Numbered from the stretch's first letter, positions 7,984 to 16,860 are shown. The stretch is 64,000 nucleotides of DNA from Bdellovibrionales bacterium (GCA_050250515.1 JBFWON010000006.1:237-64236); one strand, 5' to 3'. Notes: generated by a model not told the origin, from the sequence alone. Translations and numbers: made by a program.

Positions 7984-8538
7984 TTAAACTATAGACGAGC
8001 GAAGTGAGGACTTTGTTCCAATAAATTTTTTTGAAAATTCAGCCCGCGCTCGATGCAGGCGGGATTTGACTGTCCCAATATTGAGATCCAAGATTTCGGC
8101 CACCTCCTGGTAGGAGTGCCCTTGGATTTCAATTAGGATCAAAATCTCGCGATCGCCGGAGTCAAGCTTCTTAAGCGTTTGGACCGCATCCATCGACTCT
8201 TCCGAAATTTTTTGATCGTGGGCCAACCACTTCTCATCCTCGGGATCCATAACCAAGGTGCGGCTCTGCTCAGCCGACTTCTGAAAGTCCAAAAGCAGAT
8301 TTCGGGCGATTCGCTTCAGCCAGGCCATCGCCCGGTCGGCCTCTTTGAGCTGATGAATCTGAGCCAGCGCCTTTAACAGAGCGTCGTGACATAGATCCTC
8401 GGCCAACTGACGATTCGAGCAAAGGTAGTAACAAAATTCAAAAAGCTTTTGATGAGTCAGGTCGACAAACTGACGTGTGATCTCTGGATCTTTCTTCTTC
8501 AATCCTTCAACTAAAGAGGCCCAGTTTACGTTCGTCAT
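7984..8538 (-). CDS. ECF-type RNA polymerase sigma-70 family factor
   Basis: Region 2 (DLCHDALLKAL...WLKRIARNLLLDFQK) and region 4 (DREILILIEIQGHSYQEVAEILDLNIGTVKSRLHRARAEF) are present. Confidence 0.9.
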   Translation of the reverse strand: MTNVNWASLVEGLKKKDPEITRQFVDLTHQKLFEFCYYLCSNRQLAEDLCHDALLKALAQIHQLKEADRAMAWLKRIARNLLLDFQKSAEQSRTLVMDPEDEKWLAHDQKISEESMDAVQTLKKLDSGDREILILIEIQGHSYQEVAEILDLNIGTVKSRLHRARAEFSKKFIGTKSSLRSSIV

Positions 8539-8556
8539 ATAATGACTCTAAATAGA

Positions 8557-8581
8557 AAGAGGGGTGAAAACACCCCTCTTT
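8557..8581 (-). terminator. Rho-independent terminator of the repeat-protein gene
   Basis: AAGAGGGGTG-aaaa-CACCCCTCTT is a 10-bp stem. On the minus strand it is followed by TTTCTATTT. It sits only ~19 nt upstream of the sigma ATG at 8538. Confidence 0.7.
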
Positions 8582-8609
8582 GCGTCGAAAACTAGTATTA
8601 CGTTACGTC

Positions 8610-9650
8610 TTAGTGGCCGCCGGGCGCCGGAGGACGTTGTTGGCCACCTTGTGGGGGACCTTGGCGTGCGCCACCTTGAGGACCACCTTGCTGAGCACCA
8701 GGGCCATTGTGCTGACCAGGCATGTTCATCTGTTGATGCTCGGGACCACGCGGGCCTTTTTCGAAATTGCCGCGGGCATTGCGATTTTCGCGACGGTTGT
8801 CGCCTTTCGCCATTCGACGATCGCTGGGATTTCGAGCCATTTCACCAGCACGACCCATGCGAGGAACATCGAAGCCCATTTGTTGAAAACGCTCTGGCTG
8901 CTGCGGAAGCATTGCGAATTTGCCCTGCTTAGCCATTTCCTTCATGACAGTCTCGCGACCTTTGGGCGTATTCAACTTGACCTTTTTATCAGAGGCCAAT
9001 TTCTTGAACTCAGTCTCTTGATGCTGTTCGAACTTCTGCTTACCCTCTGGCGTTTCAATATTGAAACCCATTTTCTGGGCGGCATCTTTTCGCTCAGTAT
9101 ACATCTTCTCGGCGAACTCTTGCTGACCCTTCGGCGTCGTTACGTCAATTCCTAACTCTGCCGCTTTCTCAGCCATCAAAGGTTGAGCCTCTATCGGAAG
9201 CATCTTCAGATCGATCGGATGCGGTTGAAATTTCCAACCGTGTCGCTCGTACCCCTGACGATCCATCGGCACGACGGCCAAATCGCCACGCTTCATTAAT
9301 TCCTGAACTGCACCTTCACGGCCTGGACCTTCTGCTAGATTAAAGCCTTTTTCTTTAGCGACTTTCTCTAGCTCTTGATCCATGTGCTTGTTCCAGCTCT
9401 CTTGACCTTTCGCTGTCTTTAGGTCAAAGCCCAGTTTGCGCGCTCGTTCTTCGCGCTGTTTTCGCATGTGGTCACCGAATTTTCGTCGACCTTGCGGCGT
9501 TTGGAGATCAAAACCCAACTGCTGGGCTTGGCCTTCCACCACTTGTTCAACTTCAACGGGAACCTCGGTCAGATCCACTTCAGGCGTCTCAGCCGCGTAT
9601 GCGGACATAGAGAGCGCCAAACCCATCACCATAATGGATGGTTTTGTCAT
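8610..9650 (-). CDS. Secreted tandem-repeat protein with a Gly/Pro/Gln-rich tail
   Basis: The start is trimmed to ATG 9650, which has AGGAGG upstream. The signal peptide is MTKPSIMVMGLALSMSAYA. Seven copies of a ~28-aa unit (LGFDLQTPQGRRKF..., LGFDLKTAKGQESW..., LGIDVTTPKGQQEF..., MGFNIETPEGKQKF...) are present. The C-terminus is QQGGPQGGARQGPPQGGQQRPPAPGGH. Confidence 0.75.
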   Translation of the reverse strand: MTKPSIMVMGLALSMSAYAAETPEVDLTEVPVEVEQVVEGQAQQLGFDLQTPQGRRKFGDHMRKQREERARKLGFDLKTAKGQESWNKHMDQELEKVAKEKGFNLAEGPGREGAVQELMKRGDLAVVPMDRQGYERHGWKFQPHPIDLKMLPIEAQPLMAEKAAELGIDVTTPKGQQEFAEKMYTERKDAAQKMGFNIETPEGKQKFEQHQETEFKKLASDKKVKLNTPKGRETVMKEMAKQGKFAMLPQQPERFQQMGFDVPRMGRAGEMARNPSDRRMAKGDNRRENRNARGNFEKGPRGPEHQQMNMPGQHNGPGAQQGGPQGGARQGPPQGGQQRPPAPGGH

Positions 9651-9836
9651 AATACCTCCTCTGCCTTTCGAATCTCTCCGATCGGCTAGCAACGTTCCGT
9701 GTTTAACGGCTTTCGCCGTGTTTTTTTCTAAGACGAATGGATAGCTCCATTTGTTCCACTTAAGTTGACTATCACGAAAATTTTTTGCGTAATCATATAA
9801 ATAATAGTCAGAATAAAAATCTCAACATAGGGCGGG

Positions 9837-11102
9837 TTGGTTTTGAGACAAACGTACCAAGTTGTAACCATCTGTGTCTTTCTTCTTTTGAGTCAGCTCG
9901 GTGTCGCGCAAGAAACTTCCAATATGAGCCCCGACTATTGGAAAGCACAAATTCAATCGAATCCGAACAATGCGGTGAATTTTTTAAATCTCGGAGTTGC
10001 GTATCATAAGCAACGAGATTTCAAGAAGGCACTCAAAGCCTACAAGAAAGTCATTTCGCTCAAAAGTTCGTTGGCCCCCGTCGCCAATTATTATGGTGCG
10101 CAAATTTTTAAAGACATGGGCAAAGTCGCCAAGGCTAAATCCGTCATGGAACGCGTGAACATCCAGGATCTACCTGAAAATTTGCGCAAGCGAGTGTTAC
10201 TCTTTAAGAACAGTCTCTACGTTGAGCAGACAGAGGAAGAAACTGAAGCCACCGCCGCCGAGGGCCCTGCTGAGACCGAGCAAAAAGAAAAACGCTACTC
10301 CGCCTATTTCGAAGCCTCCTACGGAACCAACGACAATCCCTCGTACTCGACCGCCAAAACTTATGACGGCCAGCTTAAGCTTTTGGCCTCTCTGTCTTAT
10401 CAGCTATGGGTTGGGGATGAGTACGAGCTCAAGGGTGCTTATTCCTACACAGATACTAAATACGGAAAAACGAGTAGCTCCGATTACTCTTATCACGATG
10501 TCACGCTCCCCTTCGCTTACTACATCGACACAACTCGGATTCGCCTTGTACCCGAATACTTAGCAACCAATTACGCCGGTGTTCCCTTTTCTTCGTCAAC
10601 GGGCTCGGCCGCGGACGTCGCCGCTCGTTGGGAGCAGTTCTATCTGACCTTTTATGTGCAGTACCTCATACTTGGCGTCGAGGATTCATCGACCTATAGC
10701 TACTTAAAAGGGGCCTCGACCAAGTACAAGTTATCTCTAAGAACGCAATGGAGCCAATCGCAAGTCACTGCCACCATGGGCTACAACGACTATGACTACG
10801 ACGACACCTCCAGCTACACCTCAAGCTACAAAGCCCCAGTGGTGAGCCTCACTTACGGATGGTACTACGGCGACTGGGACATCACAGCCTATGGCTCCTA
10901 CGAGTCGCGCACGTACAACAAAGATTCAAGCAATGCGACCCGAAAAGACGAACTCACCACATTCAGTCTGCAGCCCGGTTATTCGTTTTCTCGATATGTT
11001 CGTGGGTTTTTGGACGCCGCCTTTACGGCTGATACGTCCAATTCTTCAGGCTATGGTTATGAACAGACCACTCTGACTGCCGGTCTCTCCGCCAGCTTCT
11101 AG
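9837..11102 (+). CDS. TPR-containing outer-membrane beta-barrel protein (Slam/DUF560-like architecture, tentative)
   Basis: It has a TTG start and a signal-like VVTICVFLLLSQLGVAQE. An N-terminal TPR region (NAVNFLNLGVAYHKQRDFKKALKAYKKVISL) and an acidic linker follow. The C-terminal half is Tyr/Ser/Thr-rich alternating strands ending LTAGLSASF. Confidence 0.55.
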   Translation: MVLRQTYQVVTICVFLLLSQLGVAQETSNMSPDYWKAQIQSNPNNAVNFLNLGVAYHKQRDFKKALKAYKKVISLKSSLAPVANYYGAQIFKDMGKVAKAKSVMERVNIQDLPENLRKRVLLFKNSLYVEQTEEETEATAAEGPAETEQKEKRYSAYFEASYGTNDNPSYSTAKTYDGQLKLLASLSYQLWVGDEYELKGAYSYTDTKYGKTSSSDYSYHDVTLPFAYYIDTTRIRLVPEYLATNYAGVPFSSSTGSAADVAARWEQFYLTFYVQYLILGVEDSSTYSYLKGASTKYKLSLRTQWSQSQVTATMGYNDYDYDDTSSYTSSYKAPVVSLTYGWYYGDWDITAYGSYESRTYNKDSSNATRKDELTTFSLQPGYSFSRYVRGFLDAAFTADTSNSSGYGYEQTTLTAGLSASF

Positions 11103-11725
11103 GCCTTGCGCGTTTTCAAAGGGATTTCGAGATGTTCGAGGTCCTGGCGAGCCCGAACATGAGCAAATTTCACACGCGCCTGCAGAGTTTGTCCGCGAAC
11201 TTCTGAGCTCATTTGACCAGAAAAGAGTTCGTCATAATACTCTTGCGCGGCCCCAACTAGATCCAGCATATGGCGCCGGAACACAGTTCCACTGTGAACT
11301 TTGTTCGAAGCCGTTTTCAACTGATTGCCGATCTCTTCAAGCTCTGGCGAAATTCTCTTTCTCCAGTTGTGTTTGACTTCATTGGAATAAGCCTTTTGAG
11401 TGGCCTCTCCACCGGCCATTTTTTCTAGACGCTCAAGAGTCTCCTCGAGTTGCCCGTAACACTTAATTAGCTGATGGGGCGGAGCCGGCGCTTTGGCTTT
11501 TTTGAGCGAAATCTCCATGGGCAAGCGAGATCGGCTTTGCGGCTTCATTGAAGCGGCCCGCGCGACACATACACCCGCCACGAACAGACTCCATACGGCC
11601 AAGGCCCGATGAGATAAGTTAAATAAACTCAATACAGCTAGGGCCGAAGTGAGAGCTCCAGCCGCCAGCCATATCCACGATTTTTGGAATATACTCTTTT
11701 TATTTGGGGTCATACCGAAGCACAC
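11099..11725 (-). CDS. Hypothetical membrane protein (2 TM plus a helical cytoplasmic domain)
   Basis: Two hydrophobic segments (WIWLAAGALTSALAVLSLF, AVWSLFVAGVCVA) are followed by a charged helical region. The start may be GTG 11725 or ATG 11713. Its stop shares the CTAG at 11099-11102 with the convergent gene. Confidence 0.45.
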   Translation of the reverse strand: MCFGMTPNKKSIFQKSWIWLAAGALTSALAVLSLFNLSHRALAVWSLFVAGVCVARAASMKPQSRSRLPMEISLKKAKAPAPPHQLIKCYGQLEETLERLEKMAGGEATQKAYSNEVKHNWRKRISPELEEIGNQLKTASNKVHSGTVFRRHMLDLVGAAQEYYDELFSGQMSSEVRGQTLQARVKFAHVRARQDLEHLEIPLKTRKA

Positions 11726-11844
11726 TCAAGTGCAAGCGCTTGGCCATGGCGCCTACAAACTCAGCTTCACCTGAGTGATCAGAAAGTTTCGCAACGTTTA
11801 AAAATTACACGTCTCAATTTGAGATAGGGCCTTCGCCGGCGCAT

Positions 11845-12054
11845 TTAGCGTCGGCGAAAGATCAAAGTGAACAAGCTGCCCAGGGCCATCCCAAACAAAA
11901 CCGCCATGCCGACACCGGCTTTAGGATGATTTTCGACATAGCGCTCGCCTGTGTGCATGTAACTGGCCGCTTGCGAGGCCAACTCTGACGCCGCTTTGCC
12001 AAAGCGTCGCGTGGGCTCCTCAGACTCCTGAACAGCGCTTCCATTTTTTTCCAT
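11845..12054 (-). CDS. ElaB/YqjD/DUF883-like small stress protein (C-terminal TM anchor)
   Basis: The C-terminus ENHPKAGVGMAVLFGMALGSLFTLIFRRR resembles the DUF883 tail anchor. Its ATG overlaps the CsbD stop (TAATG). Confidence 0.5.
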   Translation of the reverse strand: MEKNGSAVQESEEPTRRFGKAASELASQAASYMHTGERYVENHPKAGVGMAVLFGMALGSLFTLIFRRR

Positions 12055-12296
12055 TAGTGCTTCTCCTTACTGCCTTTGTCCTGATCACTGCCCTTGTTAC
12101 CGAACCGGGTCCAAATTTTTTCCAGCCGATCTTTAAATTGGTTTTCGGACTGGCCGTATTTTTCGCGAATCAGACCCGACACTTTGCTGAAATCGTCTTT
12201 TGCGTTTTCTAAATCATCTTCGTCAAGGCGATTCCATGCGCGACGAATTTCACCTTTGACCTCATTCCAATGACCATGCGTAGATTTTTGATCCAT
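12054..12296 (-). CDS. CsbD-family general stress protein
   Basis: The start is trimmed to ATG 12296. The sequence HGHWNEVKGEIRRAWNRLDEDDLENAKDDFSKVSGLIREKYGQS matches the CsbD signature (W..KG..K..WG.LTDDDL....G....L.G.IQE.YG). Confidence 0.8.
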   Translation of the reverse strand: MDQKSTHGHWNEVKGEIRRAWNRLDEDDLENAKDDFSKVSGLIREKYGQSENQFKDRLEKIWTRFGNKGSDQDKGSKEKH

Positions 12297-12533
12297 ATGC
12301 ACTCCTTTTTGAAAAGGAAAGCACCGCAATTCCCGTGCCCTCGTCTGATGAGAATGACAGCCCATCTGAGACAAACAGCCCATTGCGTTGGTGGAAAAAT
12401 TGTACATCGAACGCCGCGCCCGTCGAAATTAGCCACGTCTCTCATATCTGAAACGCGGTGGTCATTGAGTCTTGCGACCAAGGTGCGCTATGGTGCCCTC
12501 AAGATCTGTAACCCGCTTGAGGAGGAAAACTCT

Positions 12534-13160
12534 ATGATGAAATTTAACCTTCCACCCTTGCCGTTTGAACCATCCTCCATGACTGAACTCTTCAGCCAAA
12601 AGCAACTGGAAGTTCACTATCATACTCATCACATGGGCTATATTAAGAAAGTGAACGACTTTCTCGAAAAGAATCGGCCCGAATCGTTTACGCTTTGGGA
12701 TGTGATCCAAAACCCCAAGGGGCACTCGGAAATCTTCAATGCGGGGGCACAAGCGTGGAATCACACGATGCTCTGGGCCTCACTGACACCGACAAGCACC
12801 AAACCTTCAAGTGACTTCCAAGCCCTTTTGGCAAAATCCTCATTTAAAACTATGGAGGGTCTCAAGCAGGCGTTCATCGATAAAGGTGCAGGACACTTTG
12901 CCTCGGGCTGGGTTTGGATCACCAGAGGCCCTGAGGGGCATCTAGACGTGATCAGCACGCCAAATGCGGAGACTCCCGTCCCCGTTCAGCACACGCCTTT
13001 GATAATGACAGATGTCTGGGAGCACGCCTACTACTTGGATTATCAGGCGGATCGCAAACGTTACTTGGACCACTGCTGGTCCAAATTGAATTGGAATCTG
13101 GCCAACGAAATTTTGCGCGACCCAAGCCAGCTAAAAAAGCTAGAGACCTCGATGCACTAA
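12534..13160 (+). CDS. sodB: Fe/Mn superoxide dismutase
   Basis: The start is trimmed to ATG 12534, which has GAGGAGG upstream. Motifs LPPLPF, LEVHYHTHH, NAGAQAWNHTMLW and DVWEHAYYLDYQ are present. Confidence 0.93.
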   Translation: MMKFNLPPLPFEPSSMTELFSQKQLEVHYHTHHMGYIKKVNDFLEKNRPESFTLWDVIQNPKGHSEIFNAGAQAWNHTMLWASLTPTSTKPSSDFQALLAKSSFKTMEGLKQAFIDKGAGHFASGWVWITRGPEGHLDVISTPNAETPVPVQHTPLIMTDVWEHAYYLDYQADRKRYLDHCWSKLNWNLANEILRDPSQLKKLETSMH

Positions 13161-13804
13161 TCGAAAAGTCGGCGACGAAGCTCTTCTGCGTAAGTCGCCA
13201 CCAGTTCGGCGTAGTCACTCTCTTCGTTCACGATCAAGCGGGCATGAAGCTTAGTCGGTTCGACAAAACGGTCGTGCATGGGTTTGACTTGATTGGCGAA
13301 CTGGGTGCGGACTCCCTCCGGGGTTCGTCCGCGCTCCTTGACATCCCTATGCATCCGCCGTGTGAATCGAACATCCTCCGGTGTATCAAAGAACAACCGA
13401 TCATCAAAAAGACTTCTTAGTCGAGGTGGATGAAAAATAAGAATTCCATCCACCAAGATGACCCCAGAGGGTGTCATTCGGTCCGTTTCCTTCGATCTGG
13501 TGTGGGTGACAAAATCATAGCGTGGCACTGCAATCGGTTCCCCCCGCTTCAGTGTTGCTAAATTCTCAGCAAGCAAATCGAAATCTAACGAATCGGGATG
13601 ATCAAAATTAACTGAACCACCGTCATAATCGAAGCGGCCTGACTGATCCTTATAGTAAGAGTCCTGATAGAGAATTTGGCAAACCTCAGATCCCAACTGC
13701 GTCTGAAGGTCTTGCGCGAAATGAGTTTTACCCGATCCGCTACCGCCCGCGACCCCAATCAGCCAAACCGACTTACTTGGTTTGATAGAGCCGGTCACCC
13801 GCAT
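13157..13804 (-). CDS. udk: Uridine kinase
   Basis: It has the P-loop GVAGGSGSGKT, plus NFDHPDSLDFDLL, VPRYDFVTHTRS and VKPMHDRFVEP. It overlaps the upp stop by 32 nt on the same strand. Confidence 0.88.
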   Translation of the reverse strand: MRVTGSIKPSKSVWLIGVAGGSGSGKTHFAQDLQTQLGSEVCQILYQDSYYKDQSGRFDYDGGSVNFDHPDSLDFDLLAENLATLKRGEPIAVPRYDFVTHTRSKETDRMTPSGVILVDGILIFHPPRLRSLFDDRLFFDTPEDVRFTRRMHRDVKERGRTPEGVRTQFANQVKPMHDRFVEPTKLHARLIVNEESDYAELVATYAEELRRRLFD

Positions 13805-14405
13805 CCCCCAATCCTGGAACTAGGTAGCCATGCTCATTGACCGTCTTTTCTACATTCAATGTAAATAAATGCACATCCGGATGATATTCATGAATGCGCT
13901 GGACGGCGGTCTCACTCATCAAAATGGTGAGAAAGCGAATTTCGCCCACCTGATGACTTTTGAGCCGATCGATCGCAGCCAGAGCCGTGTCGGCCGTTGC
14001 CACCAAGGGATCACACACGATCACCGTCTTTCCCTGCACATTCGAGGGCATTTTGAAATAATACTCCACTGTACTGTGGATAAATTTATCTCGATAAATT
14101 CCAATGAAACCCGCCGAGGCGAAAGGAATCATGGACAAAACCGCATCCAGCATCCCGTTTCCAGCCCGCATGATCGACACCACGACGGGCGCATTAACAA
14201 TGCGACTGACTTCGGTGCGCGCGATCGGTGTCTCAATTTCTACCTTTTGGACCTCCGGCCCGGAGCGCATCACTTCGTGAGCCAAAATTCGGCTGATTTC
14301 TTTCACAAGTTCTCGAAACTCGGAGCTGGACGTATTTTTGTCCCGCAAATAGCCGAGCTTGTGCTGCAAAAGGGGATGATCGAGTACGGTCAATTTTGGA
14401 TTCAT
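13773..14405 (-). CDS. upp: Uracil phosphoribosyltransferase (URC6 equivalent)
   Basis: The start is trimmed to ATG 14405 (MNPKLTVLDHPLLQHKLGYLRDKNTSSSEFRELV...). The PRPP loop VIVCDPLVATADTA and the C-terminal YLVPGLGDAGDRLY are present. Confidence 0.93.
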   Translation of the reverse strand: MNPKLTVLDHPLLQHKLGYLRDKNTSSSEFRELVKEISRILAHEVMRSGPEVQKVEIETPIARTEVSRIVNAPVVVSIMRAGNGMLDAVLSMIPFASAGFIGIYRDKFIHSTVEYYFKMPSNVQGKTVIVCDPLVATADTALAAIDRLKSHQVGEIRFLTILMSETAVQRIHEYHPDVHLFTLNVEKTVNEHGYLVPGLGDAGDRLYQTK

Positions 14406-14415
14406 TTCATACCTC

Positions 14416-15609
14416 TTAAAAAACAGTGCCATCACTCGCGATTTGAAATGGAGGACCACCTCCAGGTCTCGCTTTTTCAGCGAGCCTTCGCCCGGCCCAC
14501 CAGGTTCCGCCTTCCAAAACTCGTGGAAGGGCGAGGCCAAGCTCGCGGCCGATCAAATCTAAAAGAGCCACGGTTAAACCCCGCCACTCCAAAATCAGCT
14601 CAGAGTCCACCGGCCAAACCTGAGTCGCCATTGAAGGGTTTTTCAGCGTGATCAAGCCGGAATCCAACATCAAACCGCCATTTCGGTATTCAGCAAGTCC
14701 CGTTAATCCTTCGGTCTCGACAACCTCAATTCCCGCGAACTCGAAAGATTCAAGCAAGGAGTAAGTTAACCACTGCGACAGCTTGTGAAACGGCAAAAGC
14801 GCCTCAAACTCAGACGAACTTCCAAACGGCGGGAAGTTCCAGACATCGCCCAGTCCTTGCCCGTTCGATTTCAAACGACCGGGCCAAATCCCTCCAAGCG
14901 ACTGAAGAACGACCTTCAATAAGTCTTCAGCTTTTACCCGAAGTCCGAATTCTCTTTTCACAAAGTCGATCCATCCGCTGGGTCTTCCATTTGGAAAATA
15001 GGTTTGATTCTCAAGTGCTCGACCCAAGGAGTTCAGCAGCTGAACGCGCCCTTCGACGCCGGCCAATGGATTTGTCGAAGACACCTGAAATCCCCGCTCC
15101 AAAATTTCCTTCGAAAACTTCACAAGCGCGCTCCGATCTGCGCGCAAGCTTCTGCCGTCCGACGACATCTTCCCACTAAGAAAGAGATCCAAACTGGCCA
15201 CCGCCAAACCCTCGGACCTTGCCCAGCGCTTTCCCGTGGAGGATTCATGGTACTGCCAACCCGGCCCCGACCCCCCATCTAACAAGACAGATGTGACCAC
15301 CAGATCAATTAGAGCATAGGGCCACTCATTCGGCTCACTTAAGCTTTCCCGCAATCGGGCCAAGCGATCCACTCCTCCGACTTGAAAATGGCGAAGCCGC
15401 GAGTGATAGGGAACTTCTAAGGTTGGATAGTTATCGCGCGTCACCTGCATGACAAAATTTGAGACCGAAGAAAGCTTTTGCGCTTGAAACTCAAACAAAC
15501 CCTGGCCCGCCTTGCATCTTTCCAGCACTAGGTGTGATCTTTCTCGCACCGCAGCCGCGGACAAAATTTTGCCCAACTGCTCGGGCGAGAGCTTCACTTC
15601 ACTCTTCAA
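14416..15609 (-). CDS. URC4/DUF1688-family protein
   Basis: It is 397 aa with no TM. By recall it resembles DUF1688 proteins that co-occur with URC1 (…LRHFQVGGVDRLARL…, …PFHKLSQWLTYSLLE…). It is tightly packed between the URC1-like gene and upp. The start is TTG 15609 or GTG 15597. Confidence 0.6.
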   Translation of the reverse strand: MKSEVKLSPEQLGKILSAAAVRERSHLVLERCKAGQGLFEFQAQKLSSVSNFVMQVTRDNYPTLEVPYHSRLRHFQVGGVDRLARLRESLSEPNEWPYALIDLVVTSVLLDGGSGPGWQYHESSTGKRWARSEGLAVASLDLFLSGKMSSDGRSLRADRSALVKFSKEILERGFQVSSTNPLAGVEGRVQLLNSLGRALENQTYFPNGRPSGWIDFVKREFGLRVKAEDLLKVVLQSLGGIWPGRLKSNGQGLGDVWNFPPFGSSSEFEALLPFHKLSQWLTYSLLESFEFAGIEVVETEGLTGLAEYRNGGLMLDSGLITLKNPSMATQVWPVDSELILEWRGLTVALLDLIGRELGLALPRVLEGGTWWAGRRLAEKARPGGGPPFQIASDGTVF

Positions 15610-16858
15610 TGCGTCGACCCTTCACTTTCTCTAAAGAGTCCTTGGATGGTGTCGGCTGCTTGGAGAAGTAGCCGGCCGCTCGCTTGGCCTCGATTTCCAC
15701 CTGCGCATCTTTTGGGACCAGCTCATCCGGAATGGAAATGCGATTGCCGACCTCGATGCCGCTGTTGACGATGGCATCGTACTTCATGTTGCTCATGGAA
15801 TGCAGATTGTGAATTTTCTCAATACCAAAAAAGTGCAAACAATCGGGCATAAATTCTTGAAATCGAGCGTCCTCGGTCCCCGCCACACACTCGGTTCGAT
15901 GAAAATAAGTGGCCGCCGTGTCACCCCCCGCTTGGCGCTTGCGAGCATTGTAGACCAAAAATTTGGTCACTTCGCCCAAAGCGCGACCCTCTTTACGAAA
16001 GTAAGCGATCAGACCTACCCCACCCCGCTGAGCGGTGCGGGCCGCGTCCTCCATTCCATACATCAAGTAAGGGCGGCAGGTGCAAATATCGGATCCAAAC
16101 ACATCGGAGCCATTGCATTCATCATGCACTCGACAGGTGAGCTCCACGTTTTTCTGGCTCAAATCCTTTGGCTCTCCAAAAATGTAGACGGTGGTACCAC
16201 CAATTGGGGGTAACCAGACTTTCAAGTCAGGCCGAGTGATAAATTCAGGGTACATGCCCCCCGTTTCCTGAAACAAAATGCGGCGCAGATCGCCTTCTTC
16301 CACGTTCAATCGAGCCGCGATTCCTGGGAGATACCAAACGGGTTCAATGGCGACTTTCGTAACCCGCACATCCCGGTTGGACAGCACCACGCGACCGTCC
16401 ACCGTCAGACGACCTTTCTCAATCGCTTCGGCTAACTCTGGCACCTGCAAATGAGCTTGGGTAACGGCAATGGTGGGCCGGATGTCATAACCTTTTTGGT
16501 AAAGCGGAGCGAAGTGAAGCTGCGGATCAAGCCCCCAAGGATCGAGAGAGACGATTTTTTCAGGATTCCACCACTGCGCGTAGGGACCGATCTGGACCGG
16601 ACTTTGCGTATTATTCAAGTCCGGCTTGTGCGCTTGGGGAAATTTTCCGCTAGCAATGGAGAGGGCTCGATAGACTGTGTAACTTCCACTGTGCGCACCA
16701 ATGGCATTGCGCGTTTTTGAGTTGGTGAAAGAGGCCACGACAGGTCCGCGTTCGAGTGGATTTTTAGCGCCCCAACTGACATTGATGGTTTCTTTAAATT
16801 TTAGATTCGTGTGCGTGGCCAAAATAATGTGATTGGCCTTCGGGTCGGCTGCCGGCAT
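15599..16858 (-). CDS. GTP cyclohydrolase II-family protein, URC1-like
   Basis: The zinc/active-site block is CRVHDECNGSDVFGSDICTCRPYL, followed by LIAYFRKEGRALGEVTKF. A long N-terminal extension, not found in RibA, is present. The start is set to ATG 16858, directly after the mmsA stop (the ORF is open to TTG 16927). Confidence 0.75.
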   Translation of the reverse strand: MPAADPKANHIILATHTNLKFKETINVSWGAKNPLERGPVVASFTNSKTRNAIGAHSGSYTVYRALSIASGKFPQAHKPDLNNTQSPVQIGPYAQWWNPEKIVSLDPWGLDPQLHFAPLYQKGYDIRPTIAVTQAHLQVPELAEAIEKGRLTVDGRVVLSNRDVRVTKVAIEPVWYLPGIAARLNVEEGDLRRILFQETGGMYPEFITRPDLKVWLPPIGGTTVYIFGEPKDLSQKNVELTCRVHDECNGSDVFGSDICTCRPYLMYGMEDAARTAQRGGVGLIAYFRKEGRALGEVTKFLVYNARKRQAGGDTAATYFHRTECVAGTEDARFQEFMPDCLHFFGIEKIHNLHSMSNMKYDAIVNSGIEVGNRISIPDELVPKDAQVEIEAKRAAGYFSKQPTPSKDSLEKVKGRRIEE

Positions 16859-16860
16859 AT

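Noticed and set aside
8564-9155. Plus-strand ORFs of 122 and 191 aa (8564-8932, 8580-9155)
   Set aside because: They lie antisense to the well-supported repeat-protein gene (signal peptide, SD, terminator). Their Arg/Leu/His-rich composition is the mirror of the Gly/Pro/Gln-rich coding strand.
12270-12533. Upstream extension of the SOD ORF
   Set aside because: It overlaps the divergent CsbD gene's 5' end and runs through its upstream (promoter) region. The SOD homology starts at MMKFNLPPLPF, with GAGGAGG just upstream.
13869-14651. 260-aa plus-strand ORF
   Set aside because: It is antisense to upp and the URC4-like gene, which carry clear family motifs. It has no motifs or RBS of its own, so it is a shadow ORF.
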